From Actinomycetales bacterium (lineage in GTDB: Bacteria; Actinomycetota; Actinomycetes; Actinomycetales; CAWJMD01), in the NCBI GenBank assembly GCA_047974565.1, contig JBKECN010000015.1:68142-132141 (forward strand): a DNA stretch of 64,000 bases, in the 5' to 3' direction. A program made the position numbers and the translations under genes. Position 1 is the first letter of the stretch. Each line of letters opens with the position of its first letter. Shown piece after piece: positions 23,976 to 33,465 of the stretch. The notes below the pieces were generated by a model. It had not been told where the DNA came from, made no database searches, and saw nothing but the letters and a program-made list of their open reading frames with translations.

Positions 23976-26584
23976 CACACCTGGCAATCCTGGAGTCCAA
24001 CACCTCCGGGTCCGGCTTCGACACGATTCGCGCGGCCAAGCGGCTCGGCTGCCGGGTCACCTTCTTCACCTCCGGGCTGGACCGGTACCACGCCGCCCCC
24101 GGCGGACGCGCCTGCCTGGACGAGTGCGTTGACGAGATCGTGCTCTGCCCCACCCACGACCGGGTTGCCCTGACCCAGGCAGTCCGGGACGCGCATCGCA
24201 CCGATCCGTTCGACGGCTTCTGCTCGGTCGCCGAGTACGAGGTGGTGGACGCGGCCGCGATCGCCGAAGAACTCGGGCTGGCCTCCCCCGGCTCGACCGC
24301 AGTGGCCACGGCCCGCAACAAGATCCGGATGCGCCGCGTCTGCTCGGCCGCCGGCGTACCCACACCCCGCTTCGCTGCCGTGGCAGGTGTCGACCAGGTG
24401 GCCGAGGCAGTGGCGCACACCGGTCTGCCGTGCGTGGTCAAGCCCGCCGACGAGACCGCCAGCGCGCAGGTACGCCGCTGTGACACCGTCGACCAGGTCC
24501 ACGAGCATGTCGCCCGGGTGCTGAGCCAACCCCGCAACATCCGGGGACAGCGCCGCCACCCGGAGGTCCTCATCGAGGAGTTCCTGCCCGGCTTCGAGGT
24601 GAGCGTCGAGGTGCTGGTCACCGCCGACGGCGCCCGGGTGCTGGGTGTCACCGACAAGTGGGTGAGCGGCCACGGCAGCTTCGTCGAGCTCGGCCACACC
24701 TTCCCCAGCCAACTGCCGCCGGACGAGACCGCAGCTTGCGCCGCAGTCGCTGTCGACGCCGTGCAGGCGATCGGCCTGCAACTGGGACTGCATCACGTCG
24801 AGGTCCGCCAAAGCCGTTCCGGCCCCTGCCTTGTCGAGGTCAACCCGCGTCCGGCGGGCGACCGGATCCACGACCTGGTGGATCTCGCCCTTGGTGGCTT
24901 CTGCCTGGAGTTCGTGGTGCGGCAGAGCCTGGGGGAACCGGTCGAGCTCGACACCCCCGTGGTGGCGCGGCGCGCAGCCGCCATCCGGTACCTGATCAGC
25001 GCACCGGGAACCGTGACCGGGGTGCACGGCCTGGAGACCGCCGCGACCCTGCCCGGTGTGCAGGCCGCCGTTGCCGGGGTTCGCCCGGGCGACCAGGTGC
25101 AGCCGCTGAGCCGCAACGAGGACCGCACCGGCTACGTGCTGGCCACCGGAGCCGACGCCTTCACCGCCTCCCGGTGGGCCGAAGCCGCCGCGCTGCAGAT
25201 CGACATCCGCACCCAGGATGCCTCCGCAGAGCCGTCCGAACCACGTCAGGCGCATCACCAGTGCGGAGGTCCCGGCACCGCCTCAGTGCCCGCCACCAGG
25301 CAGTCGACCGGCCAGGCACCGGACTCGGCAGGCGTGCTCGTCATGGTGATGCCCTACCGGGCGTTCGTCGACAAGGCCACCGCCGCCGGTTATCGGGTGC
25401 ACGCCCTCTGGGACACCGCCGTCGCCGAACGGCTCTATCACCAGGACGCCGGGCGGTACCTCGACGAACTCGGCCAGGTCGCCGAGAGCCTGCAGTTCAC
25501 CGACTTCGACGACGAGGACGCCTACCAGGGCGCCCTGGACGAACTGGTGCTTCGCCACCGCCCAGACCGCCTCCTGCACTTCGGGTCCGAGGAGTCGATG
25601 CCGGTCGCCTACCGGGTGGCCCACCGTCATGGCCTGGAGTCCAACCCTCCCGAGGCGATCGCCTGCCTGAACGACAAGGCGGTCATGCGGCGGGCGCTCG
25701 CCGAGGCCGGGGTATCCCCGGTGCGAGCGGTGCTCGTCGACTCACCAGCGGACCTGGCCCACGTGCTCGCCGACACGACGTTGCCGGTCGTGGTCAAGCC
25801 GACCGGACTCTCCGGAAGCCGAGCAGTGCAGCGCATCGACGACCGGAGTCAGCTCCCCGGCTACCTCGACTCGCTGGCGCACTATGACTACACCGGGCCG
25901 TTGCTGGTGGAGGAGTACCTCGACGGGCCCGAGTTCAGCGTGGAGACGGTGAGCATCAACGGCCTGGCACATGTGGTCGGTGTGACCCGAAAGTCGGTCG
26001 GGCCGGCACCACTGTTCGTCGAGACCGGCCACGTGCACCCGGCCCCCGAGTCCGAGGCGGCGTTGGTTGCGGCCGAAGCGGTTCGGCTGCTCGAGGTGGC
26101 CGGCTACCAGTGGGGTCCCGCCCATACCGAGGTCCGGCTCACCCGCCACGGTCCGCGGATCATCGAGTCGCAGGCCCGCCTCGGCGGCGATCGGATCCCC
26201 CGGCTGGTGCACCTGGCCACCGGCATCGACCTCGAACGTGAGGTGACCTGCACCCTGTCCGGCAGCTGCGTCGGCCTTGTCCCGCAGCACCGGCGGGTCG
26301 CCGCCATCGACTATCTGGAACTACCGGTCGGAGTGGTTCTGGCGATCGACGGCCTCGCCGCGGTCCGCGAACTGGCCTACGTGGACGAACTGAAGGTGCC
26401 CTGGTCCGTCGGCGACCGGATCACCCCAGTGCTGGACACCTGGTCCCGGCACGGTCACGTGATCGTCAGCGCCGACGACCACGACACGCTGCAGGTGCGC
26501 CGCGATCAGGTCCGCGAGGCGATCCTCACCTGCTTCACCATCGACACCCAGGGCCAGGACGACGACTGGCGGGCCGCCTCATGA
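23972..26584 (+). CDS. Fused double ATP-grasp ligase (two complete ATP-grasp modules in one 870-aa protein)
   Basis: Module 1: ARNKIRMRRVCSAAGVPTPRF...LPCVVKPADETAS...EEFLPGFEVSVE...HHVEVR. Module 2: LNDKAVMRRALAEAGVSPV...LPVVVKPTGLSGS...EEYLDGPEFSVE...AHTEVRL. ATGA overlaps at both ends. Confidence 0.85.
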   Translation: MTHLAILESNTSGSGFDTIRAAKRLGCRVTFFTSGLDRYHAAPGGRACLDECVDEIVLCPTHDRVALTQAVRDAHRTDPFDGFCSVAEYEVVDAAAIAEELGLASPGSTAVATARNKIRMRRVCSAAGVPTPRFAAVAGVDQVAEAVAHTGLPCVVKPADETASAQVRRCDTVDQVHEHVARVLSQPRNIRGQRRHPEVLIEEFLPGFEVSVEVLVTADGARVLGVTDKWVSGHGSFVELGHTFPSQLPPDETAACAAVAVDAVQAIGLQLGLHHVEVRQSRSGPCLVEVNPRPAGDRIHDLVDLALGGFCLEFVVRQSLGEPVELDTPVVARRAAAIRYLISAPGTVTGVHGLETAATLPGVQAAVAGVRPGDQVQPLSRNEDRTGYVLATGADAFTASRWAEAAALQIDIRTQDASAEPSEPRQAHHQCGGPGTASVPATRQSTGQAPDSAGVLVMVMPYRAFVDKATAAGYRVHALWDTAVAERLYHQDAGRYLDELGQVAESLQFTDFDDEDAYQGALDELVLRHRPDRLLHFGSEESMPVAYRVAHRHGLESNPPEAIACLNDKAVMRRALAEAGVSPVRAVLVDSPADLAHVLADTTLPVVVKPTGLSGSRAVQRIDDRSQLPGYLDSLAHYDYTGPLLVEEYLDGPEFSVETVSINGLAHVVGVTRKSVGPAPLFVETGHVHPAPESEAALVAAEAVRLLEVAGYQWGPAHTEVRLTRHGPRIIESQARLGGDRIPRLVHLATGIDLEREVTCTLSGSCVGLVPQHRRVAAIDYLELPVGVVLAIDGLAAVRELAYVDELKVPWSVGDRITPVLDTWSRHGHVIVSADDHDTLQVRRDQVREAILTCFTIDTQGQDDDWRAAS

Positions 26585-28482
26585 GTACCACCCGCGCCGT
26601 GGAATCCGTTGTGACACCGGCCGAACCCTTACCCGGCCCGATCCGGCTCCGAATCGGGGTCAACTTCGTCCAGCGTCTGGTCGACTCGATGACCTTGGCG
26701 TTCATGGCCATTCACCTGGCCGGCCTATTCGGCGTCGCGGTGGCCGGGTTGATCACCACCGCTGTCATGGTGGTGGCCACCGTCGGCACCGTGGTCGGCG
26801 GCTCCGCAGCCCAGCGCTGGGGTAGGCGTCGCCCGTTGCTGGCCGCCGAAGCCCTGGTGGCCGTGTCCTTCCTGGCCATGTCCTTCGCCGACGCCAGCCG
26901 GCACGGGGCCCTGGTGCTGGCAGTCGGCTATGCCGCGAGCAAGTTCGGCGCCGGCTTGGCGGTCCCGGCCAACGAGGCGATGCTGGTCGACCTCAGCACC
27001 CCGCAGAATCGCACCCGGATGTACACGATCAACTACTGGGCGATCAACCTGGCGATCGCGATCGGGGCACTGGCCGGTGCCTACCTGTTCGGCCTGCACT
27101 TCCAGTGGGTGCTGGCCGGCGCGGCCCTGCTGATGGGCCTGGTCTTGTGCACCACCCTGATCTTCATCCCCGAGACCGCGCCGACCGGTACGTCAGCCGA
27201 CACCCCCGGGCGACCCCGCGCGTCCTACCGACGGGCGCTGGCGAACCGGCCCTTCATCTACCTCGCGCTCGCCGCGACCCTGCTGATGACGGTGGAGTTC
27301 CAACTCGTCAACTGGATCGCGGTGCACCTGGCCCAAGACTTCGGCCCGCAGAACCTCATCGCACTCGGCTCCCGGACGGTGACCGTGGACGGGGTGGAAC
27401 TGCTCGGCGTGCTGCGCGCGGAGAACACCGTCCTCGTCGTGGTGGGAGCCTTCGTGGTGGGCAGGCTGCTCGCCCGAGTGCCGCTGGGGGTGCGGATGAT
27501 CACCGGTGCAACCCTCTTCGTGGCCGGCTATGTGGGCTTGGCCCTGGGCGGCTCGATCTGGTTCCTGATCGGGGCCGTCGTCGTCTTCACGATCGGCGAA
27601 CTGACCGAGGCGCCCAGCCGCCAGGTACTGCTGGCCGAGCTCGTGCCCGAAGACGACCGGCCGCGTCACCTCGCGGTGTACGCGCTGCACATCCGGATCG
27701 CCCTGGTCCTTGCCGGGCTGAGCCTGACCGCCGGCGCCTTCGTGGGGCCACGGGTGATGGCCGCGGGGTTCGCCCTGCTCGGGGCGGCCGTGCTGCTGCT
27801 CTACCGGGCCGTGCTGTCCGGTAGAAACCGCCGCAGCCCGGGCCGGCCCCGGCACCGGGCACACCGTCGGACGCGGGTGTCCGGTTCTGTCGACGCGACG
27901 CGACGCGGTAGCACCGAACCCGCCGATCGCGTCGATCCCGCACCCAACGGCTCACGCCCGGAGGACGCCCACCGAGCCGGCGACCGCGTGAGCACCGCGG
28001 GAGGACAGCAGCAAGACGGTGTGGAACGCGCCGGTGCCGGCGAGCACGCCGCGTCGCCGGAGCACCGTTCAGGGAGTCCGGCTCCCAGCGCGCCGGCAGC
28101 GAATACTGCTCCCGCGCAGACCGTCTCGATCGAGATTCATCGACCGGGCGACAATGAGCTGGCCGAACTGCGCAGCATCCTGGACGGCATCGACGACTCG
28201 CTGATGCTGACGCTGGACGCGCGAATCCGCTGTTGTGTGCAGATCGCCTCGGTGAAATCCAGGTACGGCATCGCCATGATGCAGCCACACCGAATCGGTT
28301 TCGTCCACCGCCGAGCGGACGACTTCGCCGGCAACCATGACGTGGATGCTCGCTTCCTGCATCGCCTCTACGACCTCCTCATCGCCGAGACCTGCCGGGT
28401 GGAGGACGAGTTGATGTCCACCACCAACCCGGTCACACCCCCTCGCGTCCCCTCGTCCAGAGAACCGGTGAGCACCCCATGA
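26581..28482 (+). CDS. MFS transporter fused, via a ~110-aa Arg/Pro/Ala-rich linker, to a C-terminal AroQ-type chorismate-mutase-like domain
   Basis: Residues 1-412 hold about 12 hydrophobic helices. Residues ~525-612 read ELAELRSILDGIDDSLMLTLDARIRCCVQIASVKSRYGIAMMQPHRIGFVHRR...FLHRLYDLLIAETCRVE. There is no stop between the two parts. Confidence 0.8.
   Translation: MSTTRAVESVVTPAEPLPGPIRLRIGVNFVQRLVDSMTLAFMAIHLAGLFGVAVAGLITTAVMVVATVGTVVGGSAAQRWGRRRPLLAAEALVAVSFLAMSFADASRHGALVLAVGYAASKFGAGLAVPANEAMLVDLSTPQNRTRMYTINYWAINLAIAIGALAGAYLFGLHFQWVLAGAALLMGLVLCTTLIFIPETAPTGTSADTPGRPRASYRRALANRPFIYLALAATLLMTVEFQLVNWIAVHLAQDFGPQNLIALGSRTVTVDGVELLGVLRAENTVLVVVGAFVVGRLLARVPLGVRMITGATLFVAGYVGLALGGSIWFLIGAVVVFTIGELTEAPSRQVLLAELVPEDDRPRHLAVYALHIRIALVLAGLSLTAGAFVGPRVMAAGFALLGAAVLLLYRAVLSGRNRRSPGRPRHRAHRRTRVSGSVDATRRGSTEPADRVDPAPNGSRPEDAHRAGDRVSTAGGQQQDGVERAGAGEHAASPEHRSGSPAPSAPAANTAPAQTVSIEIHRPGDNELAELRSILDGIDDSLMLTLDARIRCCVQIASVKSRYGIAMMQPHRIGFVHRRADDFAGNHDVDARFLHRLYDLLIAETCRVEDELMSTTNPVTPPRVPSSREPVSTP
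28153..28416 (+). other. AroQ chorismate-mutase-like domain (PapB-like candidate: 4-amino-4-deoxychorismate mutase)
   Basis: Helical CM_2 pattern L..LR..LD.ID..L..LL..R......I...K. The only in-frame alternative start nearby is GTG 28021. Confidence 0.65.
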
Positions 28483-30605
28483 ACATCCTGCTGATCGACA
28501 ACTTCGACTCCTTCACCTACAACCTCAGCCAGTACCTCGCCGAGGTGAGCGGACAGGTCCCGACCGTGGTCACCAACACCACCCCGTTCGGCGACCTGGA
28601 CTGGCAACGGTTCGACGCCGTCGTCATCTCACCTGGACCTGGAAGGCCGGACCGGGCAGTCGATTTCGGGATCAGTGCCAGGGTTCTTCGGGAGACCGAG
28701 CTACCGGTGCTGGGAGTGTGCCTGGGGCACCAGGGCCTGGGCCACGTCTTCGGGGCGACGGTTCGGCATGCTCCCGAGCCGGTGCACGGGCGCAGTTGGG
28801 ACGTGCGTCACGACGGTCGAGAACTCTTCGCCGGCCTGCCCGACCCGCTGCAGGTCATCCGATACCACTCCCTGGCACTGACCGACCTGCCACCGGAGTT
28901 GGAGGTCACCGCCTGGACCCCGGAGGGAGTGGTGATGGGCATCCGGCACACCGAGCGGCCGATGTGGGGTGTGCAGTTCCATCCCGAGTCGATCGGCAGC
29001 GACGGTGGCCACCGGTTGCTGGGGAACTTCCTCGACCTCGCCACTGCTGCGGCTCACACAGATCGACCGCCCCGCGGGCGGGCGATCGACCTGGACCGTC
29101 GCTACCAGGCCCGGGTGCGAATCCTGCACCGCGACCTGGATTCGGAGACCGTCTTCAGCACGCTCTTCGCCGATCACGATCGCTCGTTCTGGCTGGACAG
29201 CAGCGCCGTCGAGCCGGGGGTGTCCCGGTTCTCGTTCATGGGCGCCCCGGACGGTCCGCTCGCCGAGACCGTCGAGTACGACGTGACCAACCGGCAGGTG
29301 AGCCTGACCCGAGCAGGCGCACCCGAGAGCGGCCCCGATTCGAGCGAGATCTTCGAGGTCGAGTCGGTCTTCGACTATCTCGACCGGCAACTGCGCTCCC
29401 GGGTGATCAGCGGCACCGACCGGGAACTGCCCTTCGAGTTCTGCGGCGGCTACGTGGGCTATCTCGGCTATGAGCTCAAGGCCGAGACCACCGGGCGCGC
29501 CGCCCACCGCAGCCCCACCCCTGACGCCTGCCTGATGTTCGTCGACAGATTCCTCGCCTTCGACCACGAAGAGCGGCTCGTCTACCTGGTGGCCTTGGAA
29601 CAAGCCGGTCACGCCGACGAGGTGGAACGCTGGTTCGAGAACACCATGCACCGGTTGCAACGGCTCCCCGGCCGCGCCGAGCCGTCTGGGCAACCAGGTC
29701 ACGACGTGCGCCTGCACGGAATGGACACCCCGGATCTGGCACTGGCCCCGCGCCACGACGAGGACGCCTACCTGGACCGGGTGGACGAATGCCTCGAGGA
29801 GATCGCCGATGGGGAGTCCTACGAGATCTGCCTCACCAACAGCGTTCAGGCACCCCCGGTGGAGTCGCCCTACCGCACCTACCAACAGCTCCGGACGATC
29901 GCTCCGGTGCCCTATGCGGCGTACCTGGCGACCCCCCACGTCCAGGTGCTCAGTGCCTCGCCCGAACGATTTCTGCGGGTCGACTCCACCGGTATCGTGG
30001 AGTCCAAGCCGATCAAGGGCACCCGGCCCCGGGGTGAGACGCCCCGAGAGGATCTCGACCTTCGGGTCGACCTGGCAGCCAACCCCAAGGACCGGGCCGA
30101 GAACCTGATGATCGTCGACCTGCTACGCAACGACCTCAACGTCGTCTGCGAACCGGGCTCGGTACACGTGCCCACACTCTTCGACGTGGAGACCTACGCC
30201 ACTGTGCACCAACTGGTCTCGACGATTCGCGGACGGCTGCGGCCGGAGGAGTCCGCTGTGTCCTGCGTGCGGGCCGCCTTCCCCGGCGGATCGATGACCG
30301 GAGCACCGAAGGTGCGTTCCATGGAGATCATCGATCGCCTGGAAGGCGGGCCTCGCGGGGTGTACTCCGGCGCCCTGGGCTGGTTCTCGCTCACCGGGGC
30401 CGCCGACCTCAACATCGTCATCCGGACCCTGGTGGTCACGCCTACCGAAACCACCTTCGGGGTCGGCGGAGCCATCATCGCCCTGTCCGACCCGCGCGAC
30501 GAACTGCAGGAGACAGTGGTGAAATCGCGTTCGGTGGTCAGCGCCATGGCCGCCACCGACGATGCCGGCATCTACACCGGCACCGGCCTGAGGTTGGCGT
30601 CATGA
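28479..30605 (+). CDS. pabAB: Fused PabA-PabB aminodeoxychorismate synthase (PapA/CmlB-like)
   Basis: N-terminal GATase1 (ILLIDNFDSFTYNL, GVCLGHQ, FHPES). C-terminal chorismate-binding domain (PIKGTRPRG, FPGGSMTGAPK, GVYSGALGW). Confidence 0.9.
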   Translation: MNILLIDNFDSFTYNLSQYLAEVSGQVPTVVTNTTPFGDLDWQRFDAVVISPGPGRPDRAVDFGISARVLRETELPVLGVCLGHQGLGHVFGATVRHAPEPVHGRSWDVRHDGRELFAGLPDPLQVIRYHSLALTDLPPELEVTAWTPEGVVMGIRHTERPMWGVQFHPESIGSDGGHRLLGNFLDLATAAAHTDRPPRGRAIDLDRRYQARVRILHRDLDSETVFSTLFADHDRSFWLDSSAVEPGVSRFSFMGAPDGPLAETVEYDVTNRQVSLTRAGAPESGPDSSEIFEVESVFDYLDRQLRSRVISGTDRELPFEFCGGYVGYLGYELKAETTGRAAHRSPTPDACLMFVDRFLAFDHEERLVYLVALEQAGHADEVERWFENTMHRLQRLPGRAEPSGQPGHDVRLHGMDTPDLALAPRHDEDAYLDRVDECLEEIADGESYEICLTNSVQAPPVESPYRTYQQLRTIAPVPYAAYLATPHVQVLSASPERFLRVDSTGIVESKPIKGTRPRGETPREDLDLRVDLAANPKDRAENLMIVDLLRNDLNVVCEPGSVHVPTLFDVETYATVHQLVSTIRGRLRPEESAVSCVRAAFPGGSMTGAPKVRSMEIIDRLEGGPRGVYSGALGWFSLTGAADLNIVIRTLVVTPTETTFGVGGAIIALSDPRDELQETVVKSRSVVSAMAATDDAGIYTGTGLRLAS

Positions 30606-31531
30606 GTGACTGGGCGGCAAGCGCCCGGCACGCCGTGGTGGTCGGCGCCGGAGCCGTCGGCGCTCTGTTCGCCCACGCGCTGGCCGGTGATGGTGTGCAG
30701 GTGACGATGCTCGATCGCACTGCCCATCCGTCGGGTCCCTTCCCGGTGATCGAATGCGATGCGACCTCGTTGACGGTTCGCGCGATCGCCCACCTGGATC
30801 GGGCAGACATCGTGGTGATGTCACTGCCGGAGAAGGTTTCGATCGCAGCCGTGAGCATCATCGCCTCCGCGGTCCGTCCCGATGCGCTCATCGTGGATAC
30901 CTCGTCCGTCAAGACGGGATTCGCCGACGAGGCCCGTCGGCTCCCGCCGGGGAGCGCCGAGATTGTCGGGGTGAACCCGATGTTCGCCCCGTCCCTGGGC
31001 TTCCAGGGTCGCCCGGTCGCTGTCGTGAGCATCCGGCCAGGCCCGCGGGGTACCGGTTTCACCGACCGGCTGCGCAGCTGGGGGAGTCAGGTCGTCGAGC
31101 TCACCGCCCAGGAACACGACGCTCTGACCGCCCAGACCCAGGCCCTGACGCATCTGAGCGTGCTCGCCTATGCGCTCACCCTGGCCCGGGCCGGCACGTC
31201 CGTCGGCGACCTGGTGGAAAGCGCCCCGCCGCCCTGCCGGAGCCTGCTCGCGCTGGCGGCACGCATCCTGGGCGGCAGCCCGGAGGTGTACTGGGACATC
31301 CAGATCCAGAATCCGGGTGCGGACGAACTCCGCCAAGGCCTCGCCGATTCGCTCGCCGAACTCTCGAAAATCATCGCCAACGATGACTTCTCGGCATTCG
31401 CTGACCTGCGAGCCGAGCTCATCGGCTACTTGGAACCGGAACTGGACACCCTCTCCGACGACTGTGCCCAGATGTTCACCGCCCAGATGTCCTCTGCCCA
31501 GCCGGTGCCCGGAGTCGCGGATCCTCACTGA
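30602..31531 (+). CDS. Prephenate/arogenate-dehydrogenase-family enzyme (PapC-like candidate)
   Basis: Rossmann VVVGAGAVGALFA, then VDTSSVK...GVNPMFAP...QEHDALTAQTQALTH typical of the TyrA family. ATGA overlap with pabAB. Confidence 0.8.
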   Translation: MSDWAASARHAVVVGAGAVGALFAHALAGDGVQVTMLDRTAHPSGPFPVIECDATSLTVRAIAHLDRADIVVMSLPEKVSIAAVSIIASAVRPDALIVDTSSVKTGFADEARRLPPGSAEIVGVNPMFAPSLGFQGRPVAVVSIRPGPRGTGFTDRLRSWGSQVVELTAQEHDALTAQTQALTHLSVLAYALTLARAGTSVGDLVESAPPPCRSLLALAARILGGSPEVYWDIQIQNPGADELRQGLADSLAELSKIIANDDFSAFADLRAELIGYLEPELDTLSDDCAQMFTAQMSSAQPVPGVADPH

Positions 31532-31657
31532 ACAGGCACCGCCAACGGCCAGCTCCCAGCAAAAAATGTCCATGCAACCGAAAGACTCGACCAGGCCGAG
31601 ACCTGACCTCCGTCATACCCAAGAAGCAAATCCGTCAGACCCACGAAAGGCATTGCC

Positions 31658-33340
31658 ATGCAGACCTTCACCACCACTGCCAGCAGTAGCGTCCTGGACG
31701 TCGAGTCCCGGAACCTGCTTGCCCTGGACGACAGTGTCGGCGGCGGAAGCATCGTCGCCTCCGCCCTCGCCTACAGCACCGACCCGACCACGCATTTCCT
31801 GCACAGTGCAACCCCCGTCGACCTGCCGGACGGGCGACGCTGCAGCGATCTGAGCCTGCATGATCTGGACCAGGCCACTCAGAGCTGGTCGGCCTGGTAC
31901 CTCGACCGGGGCGTGCGACCCCGAGACCGGGTGGCGGTCTTCATCGCCGACTCGTTCGCCTACTCCATCCACTTCTACGCGCTGGCCCAGATCGGGGCGA
32001 TCGCGGTGCTGATCAACAGCAACGCCTCCGCGCAGGTGGCTGGCTCGCTGCTCGAGCAGACCGAACCGGTGGGCCTGTACGCCGACCCCGAGCACCTGGC
32101 CCGGCTCGCCGAGGTGCCTGGTTCGCTGTGGGTGGTCACGTCCGAGCAGGTTCGCGCGCCCGCGCCGGCCACCCTGGCGGACGAGCACCGGTACAAGCAC
32201 GTGGGCGAGGACCCCGTCGTCATCCTGCATTCCTCCGGTACCACCGGACGACCCAAGCCGACGATCCACACCCATGCCTCGATCGTGGCCGGGCCCAAGT
32301 TCCGGCTGGTGGATCACCGCGAGGATCCCCACGCCACAACGATGACCGCACTACCGCAGTCACATCTGGGGTGCATTGCCTTCACCACCTACAGCGTCCT
32401 GGCCGGGGCGCCCCTGGTGGCCCTTCGGGACTGCCCCGGCCCCGTGCTGGCCGAATCGATCGACCGGTACCGTCCGACCGCGGTGATGTCCTTCGCCCAC
32501 GCGTACAGCGAACTCGCCGCCACCACCATCGAGCCTGGCACCCTCGACTCGGTGGGCACCTGGATCTCCATCGGCGACGCGGTGCACGAGGCGCACATCC
32601 GCCGGGTCCTGGACATGCGCAGCCCGTCGCTGCCGGCGGCGACCTTCCTGGACCGGCTGGGTACCACCGAGCTCGGCTGGGGCGTGCTGTTGCAGACGCA
32701 CACCACCGGTGCCGGGGTGGCCGCCCGCAGCGCCGGCCGTCCGGTCGGGGTGGCCGAGGTGCAGGTGCTGCGCGCCGACGGCACGCCGGCCGCACCCCAT
32801 GAGCCGGGCTTCCTCGGTGCGCGCGGCCCGGCGATCACGCCCGGCTACTGGGCCAACTCAGCGGTCACCTACTCCTCGCGGCTGGCCGGCTACTGGCTGA
32901 CCGGCGACGTGGCGGTGTGCGACGAGGGCGGCAACTACTACCTGATCGACCGCGTGGTGGATGCCATCGACACCCGCGACGCAGTGGGCTACTCCGTGGC
33001 GATGGAGGAGGCCTTGCTCGGCGGACTACCCGAGATCGAGGAGGTTGCCGTGGTGGCCGGCCGATACGACTCGCGGACCGTGGCAGTGGCCATGATCAAG
33101 CCGAGCCCCGGCGAGCACGACCCCGACCTGCTGGTGCGTCGGGTGAACGAGGTGCTCGTGCGCAACGCTCACCCGCCGATCGCCTTCGTCGAACTCATCG
33201 ACGCGCACGACGATCTGCCCACCGGGGTTACCGGCAAGGTGCTGAAAAGGCAACTGCGTGAGCGGTATGCGACGCTGCCGGTGCTGCCCGACGCCCGGCT
33301 GATCGCGGCCGATCCGCTCCTGGTCCCGATGGCCGGGTGA
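31658..33340 (+). CDS. Adenylate-forming enzyme (acyl/aryl-CoA ligase-like, ANL superfamily)
   Basis: 560 aa. ILHSSGTTGRPKP, GTTELG, WLTGDVAVCDEGGNYYLIDRVVD, TGKVLKRQLRE. Preceded by a 126-bp lower-GC spacer. Confidence 0.85.
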   Translation: MQTFTTTASSSVLDVESRNLLALDDSVGGGSIVASALAYSTDPTTHFLHSATPVDLPDGRRCSDLSLHDLDQATQSWSAWYLDRGVRPRDRVAVFIADSFAYSIHFYALAQIGAIAVLINSNASAQVAGSLLEQTEPVGLYADPEHLARLAEVPGSLWVVTSEQVRAPAPATLADEHRYKHVGEDPVVILHSSGTTGRPKPTIHTHASIVAGPKFRLVDHREDPHATTMTALPQSHLGCIAFTTYSVLAGAPLVALRDCPGPVLAESIDRYRPTAVMSFAHAYSELAATTIEPGTLDSVGTWISIGDAVHEAHIRRVLDMRSPSLPAATFLDRLGTTELGWGVLLQTHTTGAGVAARSAGRPVGVAEVQVLRADGTPAAPHEPGFLGARGPAITPGYWANSAVTYSSRLAGYWLTGDVAVCDEGGNYYLIDRVVDAIDTRDAVGYSVAMEEALLGGLPEIEEVAVVAGRYDSRTVAVAMIKPSPGEHDPDLLVRRVNEVLVRNAHPPIAFVELIDAHDDLPTGVTGKVLKRQLRERYATLPVLPDARLIAADPLLVPMAG

Positions 33341-33465
33341 GCTGGGCCGCCGGTCGAGCCGAGACGCGGGAAACCCGGCGCTGCTGCCCACGAAACGCGC
33401 CCGGTACGGGATGCACACTCACGAGTGTCCATTTCCCCGGTCTTGTCCGGAGATGCCTGGGCTGA
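33337..33465 (+). CDS. Candidate 42-aa Cys-containing small ORF (speculative RiPP-type precursor)
   Basis: Not in the track (<60 aa). GTG 33337 forms a GTGA overlap with the ligase stop. Translation is VSWAAGRAETRETRRCCPRNAPGTGCTLTSVHFPGLVRRCLG. GC3 is only about 29/42 with several rare codons, so coding status is doubtful. Confidence 0.15.
   Translation: MSWAAGRAETRETRRCCPRNAPGTGCTLTSVHFPGLVRRCLG

Noticed and set aside
31565-31853. Pro/Ser/Thr/Cys-rich 95-codon frame (MSMQPKDSTRPRP…CRPSPPLP…) as a RiPP precursor upstream of or overlapping the ANL ligase
   Set aside because: It overlaps the ligase N-terminus out of frame. The ligase frame has the high GC3 there while this frame does not. 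It is a typical shadow ORF.
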